Source: the human T2T-CHM13v2.0 reference genome, Homo sapiens | Length of the DNA stretch: 64,000 nt | Reading direction: 5' to 3' (one strand) | NCBI RefSeq assembly: GCF_009914755.1 | Contig: NC_060942.1 | In this document: positions 43,590 to 62,237 of the stretch, in pieces | Numbering within the stretch: position 1 is the first letter of the stretch | How the letters are laid out: each line of letters begins with the position of its first letter | Notes under the pieces: model-generated | The model's input: the letters and a program-made list of their open reading frames with translations, nothing else | Databases searched by the model: none | What the model was told of the DNA's origin: nothing | Made by a program: the position numbers and the translations under genes

Positions 43590-43900
43590 CTGCCATCTCT
43601 ACCAGGATGACTCAGCAGGTGTCTCAAACTCAGCACTGCCAAAGCTAAGCTGTTTATATTTCTCCCAAACTCGCTCCTCCCAGTCTCCCCTATTTTCATA
43701 AATGCTGCATTGATCCACACAGTAGCTCAATCCAGAAACATGTGGAAGTCACACCTGACTCATCCCCTTCCTCTCCAGCCTCCATCCACTCTGTTCTGTT
43801 GGAACCAAATTCTGCCAAGTCTGGCTGTAAAATACATCTCAGTTCCATCACCTGTCTCCATTCTCCTGTCAGCGCATGGTCCAGGCCACTGTCCCTCTCC
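43590..43900 (+). mobile_element. L2 fragment
   Basis: caggtgtctcaaactcagcac..ccaaagct..ctcctcccagtctcccc. Confidence 0.7.
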
Positions 43901-45406
43901 CACAGTCATTGAATCTTTGGCAAGAAGGCAAAGGGCAGGAGGCTGATCTGCAGGCCAGGGCCCTGGCTCTCATGTCGGGGGTGTCTGCTAAGTCAATGAG
44001 CACCTGCTCTTGGCCTGGCTGAGGAGCTATTTGCAAAGGTGTCCTCGATACTCCTCCTCCCTCCCCCTACAACACACACCCAGCCCTGGTCACAGGCTGC
44101 TAATCACCGGCCTTTCCTTTCATAGGGACTTACTCTGGGGGCTTCGTCATCTCCAACTTGAAGCCAAAGTTATTTTTGCTAATTATACGAAGTACTTATT
44201 ACTGGAAAAGAGTCACAAGTGAGCAAAACAACCACTTAATTAAAAGAAAGGTCTGATCACTAGCAATGGAAAATTAATTGATGAATTACTTGATACCAAA
44301 CTCGGCTTAGCTGAACTGGCAGATTGTTTGCCTAAATAAACCTTGGGAAAACATATATGCATGCTAATGACTGGCCCCAGATTCTTCCTCTACTTATGGT
44401 TTACTAGAAGGCAGCAGACTATCATCGAAGTGGTTTTTCCCTCTGCAGAAGCCAGCGCTGCTGCGTTCCTATGCCTAGGATTGGGACATGCATCTGTCAG
44501 CGAATTTCAATTATCATAGAACCTCAGAGATCATTTGTTACATTGAGTTCCTTGTGGGCAGGACACAGCCTAGCTCAGTCTTTACTCCCAATGCCCAGTA
44601 CAGTGCCCGGCCCAGAGTCTGATAGATTGAATTGAGTCCAGATCCCCGACTGAGAGATGCCCCAGAGAGCGACTTGCCCTAAATCACAGGGTTCACTTTT
44701 GGCAGAGGTGGATTACCATACTCAGGTCTCCTGACCCTCAATCCACACTACTTTAAGTATGCAAAGAGAAACAATGTGCATGTAATACTTTTCCCCTGCA
44801 CTTGTATTTTTGTAGCATTAAGGGACCTGAAACAACTGCTTCGCATCATCTTCCAGGAAGAGGGTAAAGGGCACAGAACAGTTCTGAAGTGCACCTTGGT
44901 AAGCCTCATCTTTCTTCTCTCAGCTCTTAATGACACCCCATTTAAAATCAATGAAAAACAGAAGCTCTTTAAATTCCAATCATCTGCTAAGCAGCATTAC
45001 AGTGAGGGCATTAAGCAACAGGAACCGATCAACTACAGACTTGTTTTCTCCCCAAAGGCAAATTTGATTTTGGAAATTTGCTTTTGGAAACATCGAAGGC
45101 ATGGGATCCTGGAAATGGACTCAAGATACAGAGGGAGGAGGGGAGAAAGGCTGACGGGATTTGAGGACCTGGAGGAAGACAGGGCAGATGACAAAGACGG
45201 CAGCAACCGCGATGGGGTAAAAGATCATTGAGACAGTAAAAAGGCCTCAGATTTTATAACCTGAGGTGGCCTCCAGGATCTCCTATTGTAAAATTTCTTC
45301 CAGTACCTCATGAAAAACAACCCTCTTCATTCCTCTTCTCATTTTCTTGTTTTCCAGCTCTGTAAATAGCTATAACTGGGCTGCAGGTATGTCCTAAGCT
45401 TTCTCT

Positions 45407-46595
45407 CTTTTTTTTTTTTTCTAAGTCTTTTTTATTTATTTATTTATTATACTTTAAGTTTTAGGGTACATGTGCACATTGTGCAGGTTAGATACATATG
45501 TATACATATGCCATGCTGGTGCACTGCACCCACTAACTCGTCATCTAGCATTAGGTATATCTCCCAATGCTATCCCTCCCCCCTCCCCCCACCCCACAAC
45601 AGTCCCCAGAGTGTGATGTTCCCCTTCCTGTGTCCATGTGATCTCATTGTTCAATTCCCACCTATGAGTGAGAATATGCGGTGTTTGGTTTTTTGTTCTT
45701 GCGATAGTTTACTGAGAATGATGGTTTCCAATTTCATCCATGTCCCTACAAAGGACATGAACTCATCATTTTTTATGGCTGCATAGTATTCCATGGTGTA
45801 TATGTGCCACATTTTCTTAATCCAGTCTATCATTGTTGGACATTTGGGTTGGTTCCAAGTCTTTGCTATTGTGAATAATGCCGCAATAAACATACGTGTG
45901 CATGTGTCTTTATAGCAGCATGATTTATAGTCATTTGGGTATATACCCAGTAATGGGATGGCTGGGTCAAATGGTATTTCTAGTTCTAGATCCCTGAGGA
46001 ATCGCCACACTGACTTCCACAATGGTTGAACTAGTTTACAGTCCCACCAACAGTGTAAAAGTGTTCCTATTTCTCCACATCCTCTCCAGCACCTGTTGTT
46101 TCCTGACTTTTTAATGATTGCCATTCTAACTGGTGTGAGATGGATTTAAACGTTAGACCTAAAACCATAAAAACCCTAGAAGAAAACCTAGGCATTACCA
46201 TTCAGGACATAGGCATGGGCAAGGACTTCATGTCCAAAACACCAAAAGCAATGGCAACAAAAGCCAAAATTGACAAATGGGATCTAATTAAACTAAAGAG
46301 CTTCTGCACAGCAAAAGAAACTACCATCAGAGTGAACAGGCAACCTACAAAATGGGAGAAAATTTTCGCAACCTACTCATCTGACAAAGGGCTAATATCC
46401 AGAATCTACAATGAACTCAAACAAATTTACAAGAAAAAAACAAACAACCCCATCAAAAAGTGGGCGAAGGACATGAACAGACACTTCTCAAAAGAAGACA
46501 TTTATGCAGCCAAAAAACACATGAAAAAATGCTCATCATCACTGGCCATCAGAGAAATGCAAATCAAAACCACTATGAGATACCATCTCACACCA
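45407..46595 (-). mobile_element. 5'-truncated, 5'-inverted (twin-primed) L1PA2
   Basis: Minus-strand 3' end 45407-46143 (GAG at the Ta-diagnostic site, cttaaagtat) plus an inverted + strand segment 46143-46597; perfect 16-bp TSD gtcctaagctttctct at 45391-45406 / 46596-46611. Confidence 0.95.
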
Positions 46596-47149
46596 GTCCT
46601 AAGCTTTCTCTAGGATTTTCTGTCCCAAATAAAAGTGCAAAATAAATAGCTATTTCACTTAGATTTTGAGAATTTAAACTTCACAGCTATTCTAAGGAAG
46701 GCTAGAACAACTAATACGCTGCTTAACCATGTGCAAGGTGCACATTTTATGGCTGCATCATGAAGGGCAACCCCGGCTGGTGAGGACACACCAAAATGTG
46801 GGAAACGGGCACTTGGGTTCAGCCGGCTTCACAGTCACGCTGGAGGCTCCCACAACAGAAATCACAAAACATTCCCTCGAGTGCTAAATTTGTAGACAAA
46901 CATAGTGGTTTATAAGGAACAACAGAGTTCTAGGATTCATCATCTATAGCCACAAAAATACCACATGAGCTTTTTTTTTTTTAAATCGACCCCCTTCCTT
47001 TGTGCCAGATAGCAGGTAGCAGCCCCTCTCTTTGAGGATGCAAGGGGGAGGAGGGATTGGAGTGGGAGTAGGGTGAGGTAAAGAGGGACAGGCTCAGAGG
47101 TGACAATGGTGAGAAGAAAACCAGCAATGGAGGTGACGGATTATTTCCT

Positions 47150-47960
47150 GTGATAGACTATTTCCAAAGACAGCCACAGCAATCTCCTATCAAAAGGTGG
47201 GTTATGTTTCCCTCCCCCTGAATCTGGACTGGCCATGAGGTTTGTTCTGACCAACAGAATGTGGCACCAATGACCTTCTGGGCTTGACGTGATCTTGCAG
47301 CTTCCACTTTGCAGAGGCAGGTTCCTGCCACATGCAAAGAAATCAGGCTGTTCTGCTACAGAGAGAAGCCACAGGAGAAAGAGGCCCCAGAGAATGAGGG
47401 GCCATGCAGAGAGGACTAGGCCATGTTCAGAAGGACTGAGGTTCCCAGTCAAGAGCATCTCCAAGGCCCCAGACATGGGAGTGGCACCATCTTGGATCGT
47501 CTATCCCCAGTTGAGTAACCCAAGTAGAAGAGAGAAAAGCTGTCTCCACAGAATCCTCCCCAAATTCTTTTTTTTCTTTTTTTTTTTTGAGACAGTCTTG
47601 CCCTGTCATCCAGGCTGGAATGCAATGGTGCGATCTTGGCTCACTGCAACCTCCGCCTCCTGGGTTCAAATAATTCTCCAGCCTCCTGAGTAGCTGGGAT
47701 TACAGATGCCCACCACCATGCCCAGCTAATTTTTGTATTTTTAGTAGAGACAGGGTTTCACCACATTGGCCAGGCTGGTCTCGAACTCCTGACCTCATGA
47801 TCCACCTGCCTCAGCCTCCCAAAGTGCTGGGATTACAGGCATGAGCCACCGCGTCCAGCCATCCTCCTCAAATTCTGACCTATATGATCATGAGCAAATA
47901 GTTGCTTTAAGCCAGTATATTTAGGGCTGGTTTGCCACGTGGCAATAAACAACCGAAACA
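47150..47960 (+). mobile_element. MLT1F/G-like LTR with an Alu insertion
   Basis: tgtgatagac..cctccccctgaatctggactggcc..tgaccaacagaatgtggca ... aaacaaccgaaaca. Confidence 0.7.
47569..47860 (-). mobile_element. AluS
   Basis: TSD atcctccccaaattct / atcctcctcaaattct. Confidence 0.93.
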
Positions 47961-49109
47961 CCGCCTAACTGCTCTCTGCTGTCAACCAGCTCCTCACAGG
48001 CTGTCCCCTCAGGGACTGCAATGGGTTTGTGTTTTGATTTTGTTTCTGGATTTTTCTGTGTTGTTTTGCTTTCTTGTTTTTTTTTTTTTTAATTCATCAA
48101 TTGGAGAATCTTGCTGGAGACAGTGAAAATTAATTTGAGACAGACAAAGCCCTTAAACTGCCTGGCAGGGGAACTGGTATGCTGGGCACACTGTCACACC
48201 TTTGTCACACATACTTAGAAGGAAAAAGTCCATGGAACCAGCTCACCCCAGGGCCCAGAGGGCAGCACCATGGAGACGGTCCCCCCGGCACCCCCACTCC
48301 TCAGAACACAGACCCCTGACTGTTCTGTGAGAAAACTGCTCCTGCTCCACCATTAAAACGGAATGCCCTGACATCCAGTACTTACAGGCCTTGGTCTCTT
48401 TCCAGTCTGAAGTGACAGGCTGGCAGATCCACCAGCCTGGATGCTCCAGGTTCCCTGCCTCCCTGCAGTCATTTCGTGGTCAACATGGCAAAAAAAAGGG
48501 GAGGCAAAAGAGGCCATGCTTATTCACACAAAGCTTCAGGCAAGTCTGGCATCCCCTCACATTTGGCTTTAGGCAGATCCAGTAAGATGTGGCAGCCTTT
48601 ATCACCATGAATCATGTCCAAACTCCAGTGGGGAAATATCCACCCAAACAAAATGAACACAAAGGACTGCACGGGGCCTGGGGTGGTGGTTCTGTCTTCT
48701 GATATTAGCACAGCCTGCCTTTTGCAAGGTAGGAGTCAGACAAGGGACAACCTCCCCAAAATGGCCTGCACTTGGCTGATACTAAAATGAAGGCACCCCC
48801 AGTCTTAAGCCTCAGGCAGCTCCCCCACTGAAGCCTCACTGGTGGGAGCTGCGCAAAGCAAGCTTCTTGAGCCCCAGGCTGTCCAGGCTACACATCAGCC
48901 CCACATTCACAGAAGCAGAGAGCAGGGGAAGCACTGAACCTGCCTCTGCACTGAGTTTGCCTTGACATCTTCATCTGTATGCAGGATTTAAGAGCCTTGA
49001 AGAAAGGGGATGAAGGAAATCACAACGCAGTGGATAAGAGCCAAGATGAGCAGATGCGAGTCATTCAAAAGGGGTTGGTAGGGAGAGGAAATAGGTAGGA
49101 TGCAAAAGA

Positions 49110-49330
49110 ATATTCATCATTCCACAAATTTTTATTGAGCATCTACTATGTGCCAGGCACTGTGCAAGGTGCTAGAGACAGAATGGTAAATAAGACACAT
49201 TTGGTTCTTGCCCCAAGGAACTCACCCTACAATTAGAATACGGTGTGGTCAGTGCTGTAGGCAGGAGCACAGCCAAGGAGCATGTATTGGAGGGTGCTGA
49301 GTGGAGCCAGCTTGTCAGAGAAGGAGGAGT
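49110..49330 (-). mobile_element. L2 3' end
   Basis: tttattgagcatctactatgtgccaggcactgtgc. Confidence 0.8.
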
Positions 49331-49947
49331 GGGCAGGAAAGGTACCATGGAGGCTGGAGAAAGTGGGAGCACACTGCAGCCTGAGGGTTTCACCGACTCC
49401 CGAGACTTCACCCATAACTGAGGGCACTCCTCGACCCCTCCCTGGACTCCCAAGTTCTTATGTCAGGGCCACTGCATCCATCATTCATTGGATTTGGGCT
49501 CCATTCCCATTGGTGTTTCTAAAAACATTGCTTCCCTGAAGGCACTAACCTGCTCAAAAGCCTTCAATGGCAATCCACCACTAACAGAATAAACTCCCCA
49601 ACATCCTGGCCTGGCTTCTCAAGCCCTACACAATCTGCCCCAACCCGTATCAACACACCCAGAACAAAAGGTGCCCACAGAGGAACCCCTAAATCCCTGC
49701 TCACAGTCATCTGCACAACCCTGTGACTAGCCACACCCCCAACTCTGACCATATTTGAGAATGTCTCCATCTCTAGACATAAATCCTAGACACAAGGGTC
49801 TATATATTCTCATGGTTACACACCTACGGAGCCAGAGTCCCCAGCAAGGCATGACTTGAGAAATCTAGGGAAAGGACCCAGGTCCCAACTAACACTCAGT
49901 AGCCAACTGGTCCAAAATCCTCGACTAGCTATTATTCCTTGATTTAA

Positions 49948-51606
<1,659 letters not shown>

Positions 51607-51609
51607 TTT

Positions 51610-52560
51610 AGTGTTATGACCTGGCAATTCCAGTTCCAGGTATATATAGCTAACACAAATGTTTACAATAATTTACCAGGAGACAGGTACAAGAATGTAG
51701 CATTGGTTTTAATAGTCCCCACCTAGGAATTATCTAAATGCCCACCTACAATAAGATGCAGACATTGTGGTATAGTCACACAATAAAATGCAATACAAAT
51801 ATGAGAATGTACAAATTACAACTACACATAGCAAAATGAATGAATTCCCCAACCTAAAGTTGAGTAAAATAAGGCAGACACTGAAGGGTAATACTATGTG
51901 ATTTATGTAAAGTTAATAAAGTTCAAACACAGGCAAGATTAAGCTATGATGTTAAAAGTCAGGACAATGGTTACCCTTAGGAATGTGACAATGACTGAAA
52001 TGGGGCCTGAGGATGGCTTATGGGGTGCTGAGAATCTTCTATGTCATGATTTAGATGCTAGGCTCATGAGTATATTCAATGTGTGAAAATTCATTGAACA
52101 ATATGCCTATGATGTGTACATTTTCTATGTAGCTAATATTTCAATAAGAAGTTTAAAAAGGGAAAAGGAAAAAACTGATGAGGGTGCAGATAAATTAATA
52201 CTTTCTTACATTGGGGAATGCAAATTAGTAAAGCTTTAAGAAAGGGAATTTGGCAATATTTATCAAAACCTTAAAAAATTTCATATCCTTTGACCTAGTA
52301 ATTCCAGTCCCAGAAATTTATCTTCAGGAAATAATGAGGGTGCAGTGGTACTTGTCACAGAATTATTTATAACAGGGAAAATTTGGAAATAGCCTAAATG
52401 TTGAGCAAATGTACTCCTATTGTGCAGCCACTAAATGCATTTTATAAAATGTTTAATGAGAGGATTATATGAAATTTAATTTCTTCTTTCTATTTTCTGT
52501 TTTTTTCCAAATTCCCTGCAATGAATAGACATCACTTTTACTATGAGAACAGTTATTTGG
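51610..52560 (+). mobile_element. L1ME 3' fragments
   Basis: tatgacctggcaattcca, gtgaaaattcattgaac, atcctttgacctagtaattcca. Confidence 0.65.
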
Positions 52561-52996
52561 AAATAAATAAATGCAAACACCCAAGCAGAAATTAAAAACT
52601 TAACTTGGCATTCATTCAACAAACATGTACTAAAATCTTCCATTGCCAGGCAGTGGAGGTAGTAATGCACATGGCTTAGGGCCTCCTCTCAGAACCATAA
52701 TTTAGACAGACATGAAGTTGAGTGTGAATTATTCCCATTGCTGATGCAATAGTACAGGCAACCAATGAGAAGTCAAAATACATGAATTTGAGTCTCAGTT
52801 CTACCAGTGAAACTTTTTCAGCACCTTGGCAAGTGAGCTCCTCTATTATCAGTTCCTTCACCTGTAAAATAAGTATAAGAGTTCTCCTGCCTACCTCACT
52901 ATGATGTAGTCAGCTGCAAAGGAGACTCAGCTGAGCATGCTCTGAAGATGTATAAATATCATGATCATGTTATCACTTATATCAAGAAGAAAAGGG

Positions 52997-53627
<631 letters not shown>

Positions 53628-53643
53628 TTAAGAAACATCATCC

Positions 53644-53962
<319 letters not shown>

Positions 53963-54109
53963 AAGAAACATCATCCCCAGCCTCCTTTGGTTTTATAGTT
54001 ATCTCACCCTCTCCTGAGCCTTGCTCTTGTCCAGCATGGATAAGACTGCCTTTATCTTATAAGACTGGACTAATGCGTAAAGGCAGAGGAAGTTCTTTTT
54101 ATCATTGAA

Positions 54110-54920
54110 TTCTAGTTGCATGATGGTAGAGAATGTGGGCTGCATGATGTTGATTATTTGACACTTGCTGAGACTTCTTTAATGGTATTGTTCATTGTTA
54201 GTTTCTATAAATGTATGCCACAGAAGAAGGTGTAGTTTCCATTTGCAGGGTGCAGGGTAATATATAGATCCATTGGCTCATGCTTGTTACTTGTATTGTT
54301 TGAACCTTTTATAGTCTTACTAGTTTGTATCTCCTTGACCTGTCTGTTTACAAAAGGTATGTTTAAAATCTCTTACAGTAATTGTAGATTTGTCTTTTGT
54401 GCCTTTCAATTCTTTCAATTTCTGCTTCCCTTATTTTGAGGCTATGTTGTTAGGCACATAAAGATTCATGATTATTATATGTCCTAGCAGACTGTACCTT
54501 TTATCACTAAGCAATGATCCTGTTTATTTATATTTTTCTCCTTACATTCTACATTGTTAATAGTATTGCAAGACCAGCTTTGTTTTGGTATCTGTATAAC
54601 ATATTCTCTTCCAACCCTTGGCTTTCATCTCTTTCTTCTTTATTTTATTTAGCAATTTTTTTGTAGAGATGAGGTCTCCCTATGTTGATCAGGCTAGTCT
54701 TGAGCTCTTGGGCTCAAGCAATCCTCCTGCCTCGTCCTCTCAAAGTGCTGGGATTACAGGCATGAGCCATTATGCCAAGCCAGCTTTCATCTTTTTCTGT
54801 CATTAAATTGTGTATGTGATTCTTACAAACGGCATATACCTGGATCTTGTGCCCTAAAACATTTTTTTTCAACAAAAGTTTCTGCCTTTAATGGAGAGTT
54901 TTATCTGTTTTGGTTATGAC
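54110..54920 (-). mobile_element. L1ME fragment containing a FLAM (-) at ~54650-54784
   Basis: attgtagatttgtc, attttgaggctatgttgttagg; FLAM flanked by gctttcatct duplication. Confidence 0.7.
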
Positions 54921-55357
54921 ATCAGCTTGGGGTTCCATTTTTTCAAGGGCAATTTTTTTTATTTTTGTTTTTGTTTGTTTGTTGCTCCTGGTCCTTGGAA
55001 GATGGTGCTTCCTTGTGAATTCTCTGGGCTGATGACTAGAGTGTCTATGGTTCTCATTTTATAGAAGAATGTGCCCTGCATGACTCCTAGAATAATGCCA
55101 TTGGCTTCCCAAACACAGGAAACCCACACATGAGCTCCCTTCCCCTTGAGGGATTTAGAACCTCAGACTACATTCATTTTTTCAGGTCCCCATACATGTG
55201 AGGCCTTTGGCCTAAGCTCCCACTATGCTCAGACTTTTAGTCCCTCTTCTTTTCAGGCAACTGACAATATCCTTCTCTTGGTTTGAAGCCCAGCCTCAAA
55301 ATATCATTTTATCAGGGTATAATTGTTGTTATCCTAGTCATCTTTGTCAGAGAGGAG

Positions 55358-55399
<42 letters not shown>
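55358..55399. repeat. (TG)n microsatellite
   Basis: Read directly from the sequence. Confidence 0.95.
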
Positions 55400-57330
<1,931 letters not shown>

Positions 57331-57334
57331 ATAA

Positions 57335-58030
<696 letters not shown>

Positions 58031-58649
58031 AAGATCAGTATAAAAACCAATTATATTATTATACACCTGCAAAAACCCTAATAAAATACTTTCAAAAATA
58101 GATATTTAGAACTAGAAGAATATACATTTATTGAACTCAAAAAGTAAAAATTGTTGACTGAACTTCAGTGACCAGTCAGGGAAATGCAAGGCTATGCACA
58201 ACGCGAAACCACTTCCCATCGCCAGACAGGATCGGGCATTGATTGGCTAAATGGGACTGCTCACACACTCCTTCCAGGAGTGTAAATGAGCTTTTTAAAT
58301 CTTTGGAGAGTAATTGGACAATATCAAACTAAATAATAATAATAATAGCATGTTTTCTAAGACCTAGCAAATTCACTTTTAGGCATGTTATTCACATCTA
58401 GTCTCTCACACTTATGCTCCAGGAGACAAGTTCAAAGACATTAATCTCAGAGTTGTAACACAAAAGAATCAGACACAATCTAAATGCCCATCAGCAAGAG
58501 AATGGTTGGATGATCTGTGGAATATTATGTAGCAATGAAAAATAATGAGACAGATCTATATGTACTGACATGGAAAGGAATTAGGTTAAGCAAAGAAAAC
58601 CAAACATCTACGAAAAATAAACACGGTATGATTTTTTTAACACCACAAA

Positions 58650-58748
58650 ACATAATTGTGTATTTACATATATATTCATTCAATATATATTTATTATAAT
58701 ATATTTATTATGTATTGAATGAATATATATGTAAATACACAATTATGT
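58650..58748. repeat. AT-rich inverted repeat with perfect 36-bp arms and a 27-nt spacer
   Basis: acataattgtgtatttacatatatattcattcaata (58650-58685) is the exact reverse complement of 58713-58748. Confidence 0.95.
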
Positions 58749-58933
58749 ATTTATTATTATGTGCCAGGCATGCTTAAGTGCTGGGGATACAACAGGGGTC
58801 AAAAGATAAAAATAATTTGTACCCCCATGGATTTTACAATCTAGGGCACATACAACCACACACAGACATGGACCTTTGGGTCCTATATGCGCCCAGGTAC
58901 ATGTCTGAGCATAGAAAAGTCCTAGAAGGTGAT

Positions 58934-58971
58934 GGTTCCATGGTGTAACGGTTAGCACTCTGCACTCTGAA
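58934..58971 (+). pseudogene. Tailless retrocopy of the 5' half of tRNA-Gln(CTG)
   Basis: ggttccatggtgtaacggttagcactctgcactctgaa matches 36/38 of the recalled tRNA-Gln-CTG 5' sequence GGTTCCATGGTGTAATGGTTAGCACTCTGGACTCTGAA; flanked by a gaaaagtcctagaagg duplication; no poly(A). Confidence 0.9.
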
Positions 58972-59119
58972 AAGTCCTAGAAGGGTGCATGTTAGTCATG
59001 ATAGCAGTTACCATCCGAGACAGATACAACGTGGATTCTCACACAATGAAATACAATATAGCAGTGAAAATAAACGAATTTGATATCTATGTAGCAATAT
59101 GGATAGGTGCTTTAAGTGC

Positions 59120-59280
59120 TTTGGTCCCCAGTCTTGCTAAGGCTCAGTTTCCACACTTGTTAAAATGGAGATTACAGTAGTTATGCTAGCACCTTCTTTA
59201 TAGGGTTCTTGTGTACTTTCAAAGAGATAATTAATTCAGAGCATTTAGCACCTCGTACACGCTCAATAAATGATAGCTAC
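59120..59280 (+). mobile_element. MIR
   Basis: gctcagtttccacacttgttaaaatggaga..agcatttagcac..ctcaataaatgatagct. Confidence 0.75.
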
Positions 59281-60923
59281 TGATATTTTTTACAAAGGGA
59301 AGGAAGGAGACTTAAAGCACCCACAGGACCATGGATGGCTCCTGTTACTCCAGGCCATGCCTGTAGCTTCTGGCTGGGGCTGTTAGGTCCAGCCAGGACT
59401 CCAAGGTCCAAAAGCCAAAGTGCCCCAGCCTCAGTCCCACCTCCTTCTCAGTCCCAGTCCCAGCCGTACTAGAAGGGCTCCCTTTCAGGGCCGCCAAAGC
59501 TACTGAGGGGTAGCAGGACTCTGTGCGGGGAGAGGGTGGGCAATGGCTTCTGTAAGGTGAAGAGGTTTGCAGCCTTCCAGTCAGGTAGCTGCAGTGCCAG
59601 GGGCAGGCGTGCCCTGCTCTTTGATTCGCTTGCTGCAGGGTAGACCCTAATTATCCTGGGGAGCTAAGCAGAACTGCTCCCCTGTGGTGTTTTTGAGGGT
59701 CATTAAGAGTGTGGGGGTTGGGGACAGACTGTGCTTCCTTCCCTGGGCAGACAACAGGATCTATTGTTGGAGTTGGACCATTAGTCAGCTCTGTGCCGCA
59801 GGCGCCCGTCCCCTGGGCCTGCATCCTCTTCCTGGCAAGGCCTCGCCATCTCACTTTGGGAAGATTTGGCTGCCCAGACACCCTCCCACTATGCTTAGGT
59901 GGCTGTAGCCAGGACAGCCCGCGGAAAGCCACCCCTCCTGCCACCTCCCTAGTCCAAGAGTGCCCTCCTCCTCTTCCACATAGGTGTTATGTGCTGCGGA
60001 GACAGTGAACGAAAGTCAAAATTCCTGGCCCCAAGCCAATATATGAAGTAGTAATCTCTTGCTAGGATTTGTGGAAAGAACATTCTCTAGGCTCTATAAA
60101 ATGAGAGGCTCCTCAAGTCATATTTAAAAGTTTGGAAAGTGAAAAGAGTTGGGTGCCTGGTATCATCACCCTAGCCCCAACTCCATCTTAGGTACCACAG
60201 AACCTTCTGCTTTGGGGACATCATCCTTCAAATGCACTGGCATCTTGGTAAGAATGCACCACCACTATAAGTAGAGGGCTGGCTGAAGAGCATCTCACTT
60301 GTGAGCAGCTTCTCAGCAGCCTTTAGCCATGAAGCAGCCAAACATTTATGGCAATGGGCTTCCCATCCCAGGCCTCTCATCTTGAGTTTGTGGTTCCACA
60401 AACTCAGGGAGGGTGGTGGTGAGGGGGGATGTTTGAGAACTACCTCTGGGGATATAAAAGGAATGACAGCCGAATCTTCCTCTACCTAGCTGGCCTGGAT
60501 TCAACAAAGCAGCAACAAAAACTATTCCATAAAGGTGTTTCCTCCCTTGGGGGATTAAAATCCAAGGGAAACTCCAAGGTGGTAAGGTGGCAACAGCAAA
60601 GGAGCAAAGCAGCAAAGGAGAAACCTACCTGAGAGCCACGCTCTTGAAACCCACAGGGAGCCCAGGCCTGCGTATCCACCGGGACAGGCAGCCCAGGACT
60701 CGGTTGTTATGAAAACCATCTTAGTGTTGATGTGGCACTGCGAATTTGGAAAGTGCTTTAAAATCATTCATATTCCTAGACCTGTAATTAATCAAAAGAT
60801 TGCACCAATCTATAGCCACAGCCATTATGGTCACTGCAGTCATTTTCCAGTGCTCTTGACCAAAGAGTGCTGTCACCATGGTGATGGTGGCAGGGGTTGG
60901 GTGGGAAGTGAACACAGCAGTTA

Positions 60924-61560
<637 letters not shown>

Positions 61561-62237
61561 TCATGGCCTCTCTGACCTCCAAGGTGTCCAGACCCACTAA
61601 AGCACTGGACCACTAACTCCCTCCTCCTGCGCCTGTCCCTGGAGAGGCCAGAAGCAGCAGCTGGCAAGAGAGAAGGACAGGGGCAAGCAGAGAGAAGAGA
61701 TGCTGTCTATGCCTCATGCTCGTCTGCTGCAGGTAGCCAACCTGGGCAGGGACCTGGGGTGGAGAAGGAGGCAGAAACTGAAAACTGGATGAAAGACTGA
61801 GGATCAAGCTTTAAACTGGGCTAGACTTTCAATACCTAAAAACAAAGCCATTCCTCAATACCTGGGTATGACAAGAAAAGCTAGATTTGATTCAGGAGCT
61901 GGAAAGGAGTCCATGGAGTGGTATGGAAAACAGCAAGGTGAGAAAAAGAAAGCTCCTTCATGCTCTCACCCATTGAGCCCAGCTCCCAGCATAAAGCATT
62001 GAAATCTACTACTATTACTGCTGCTGCTATTCATTGAGCCCTCACTCGGTGGCAAGCACTGTGGTGACACCCCCACCCCTGCCATGGTCAGCTTTGCTTA
62101 TCTCTCACTCCCTTAGAATATCAGCTCCTTGAGACAGGAACTGTGTCTCACTCAGCATTACAGCTTCTGCATTGGCACAATGTCCGGCCCACCAGAAATA
62201 CTCAACAAACATTTGATAAACAAGTGCTCTAAACCAC

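Noticed and set aside
44776-45231. 151-aa ORF with an acidic C-terminus
   Set aside because: Starts at GTG, has no recognisable domain and no supporting splice or promoter structure; likely a chance frame.
47044-47073. G-quadruplex-like G-run cluster
   Set aside because: One loop is 8 nt and such motifs are common; nothing else supports a function.
59450-60010. GC-richer patch as a CpG-island promoter
   Set aside because: CpGs are too sparse for an island and no core promoter is evident.
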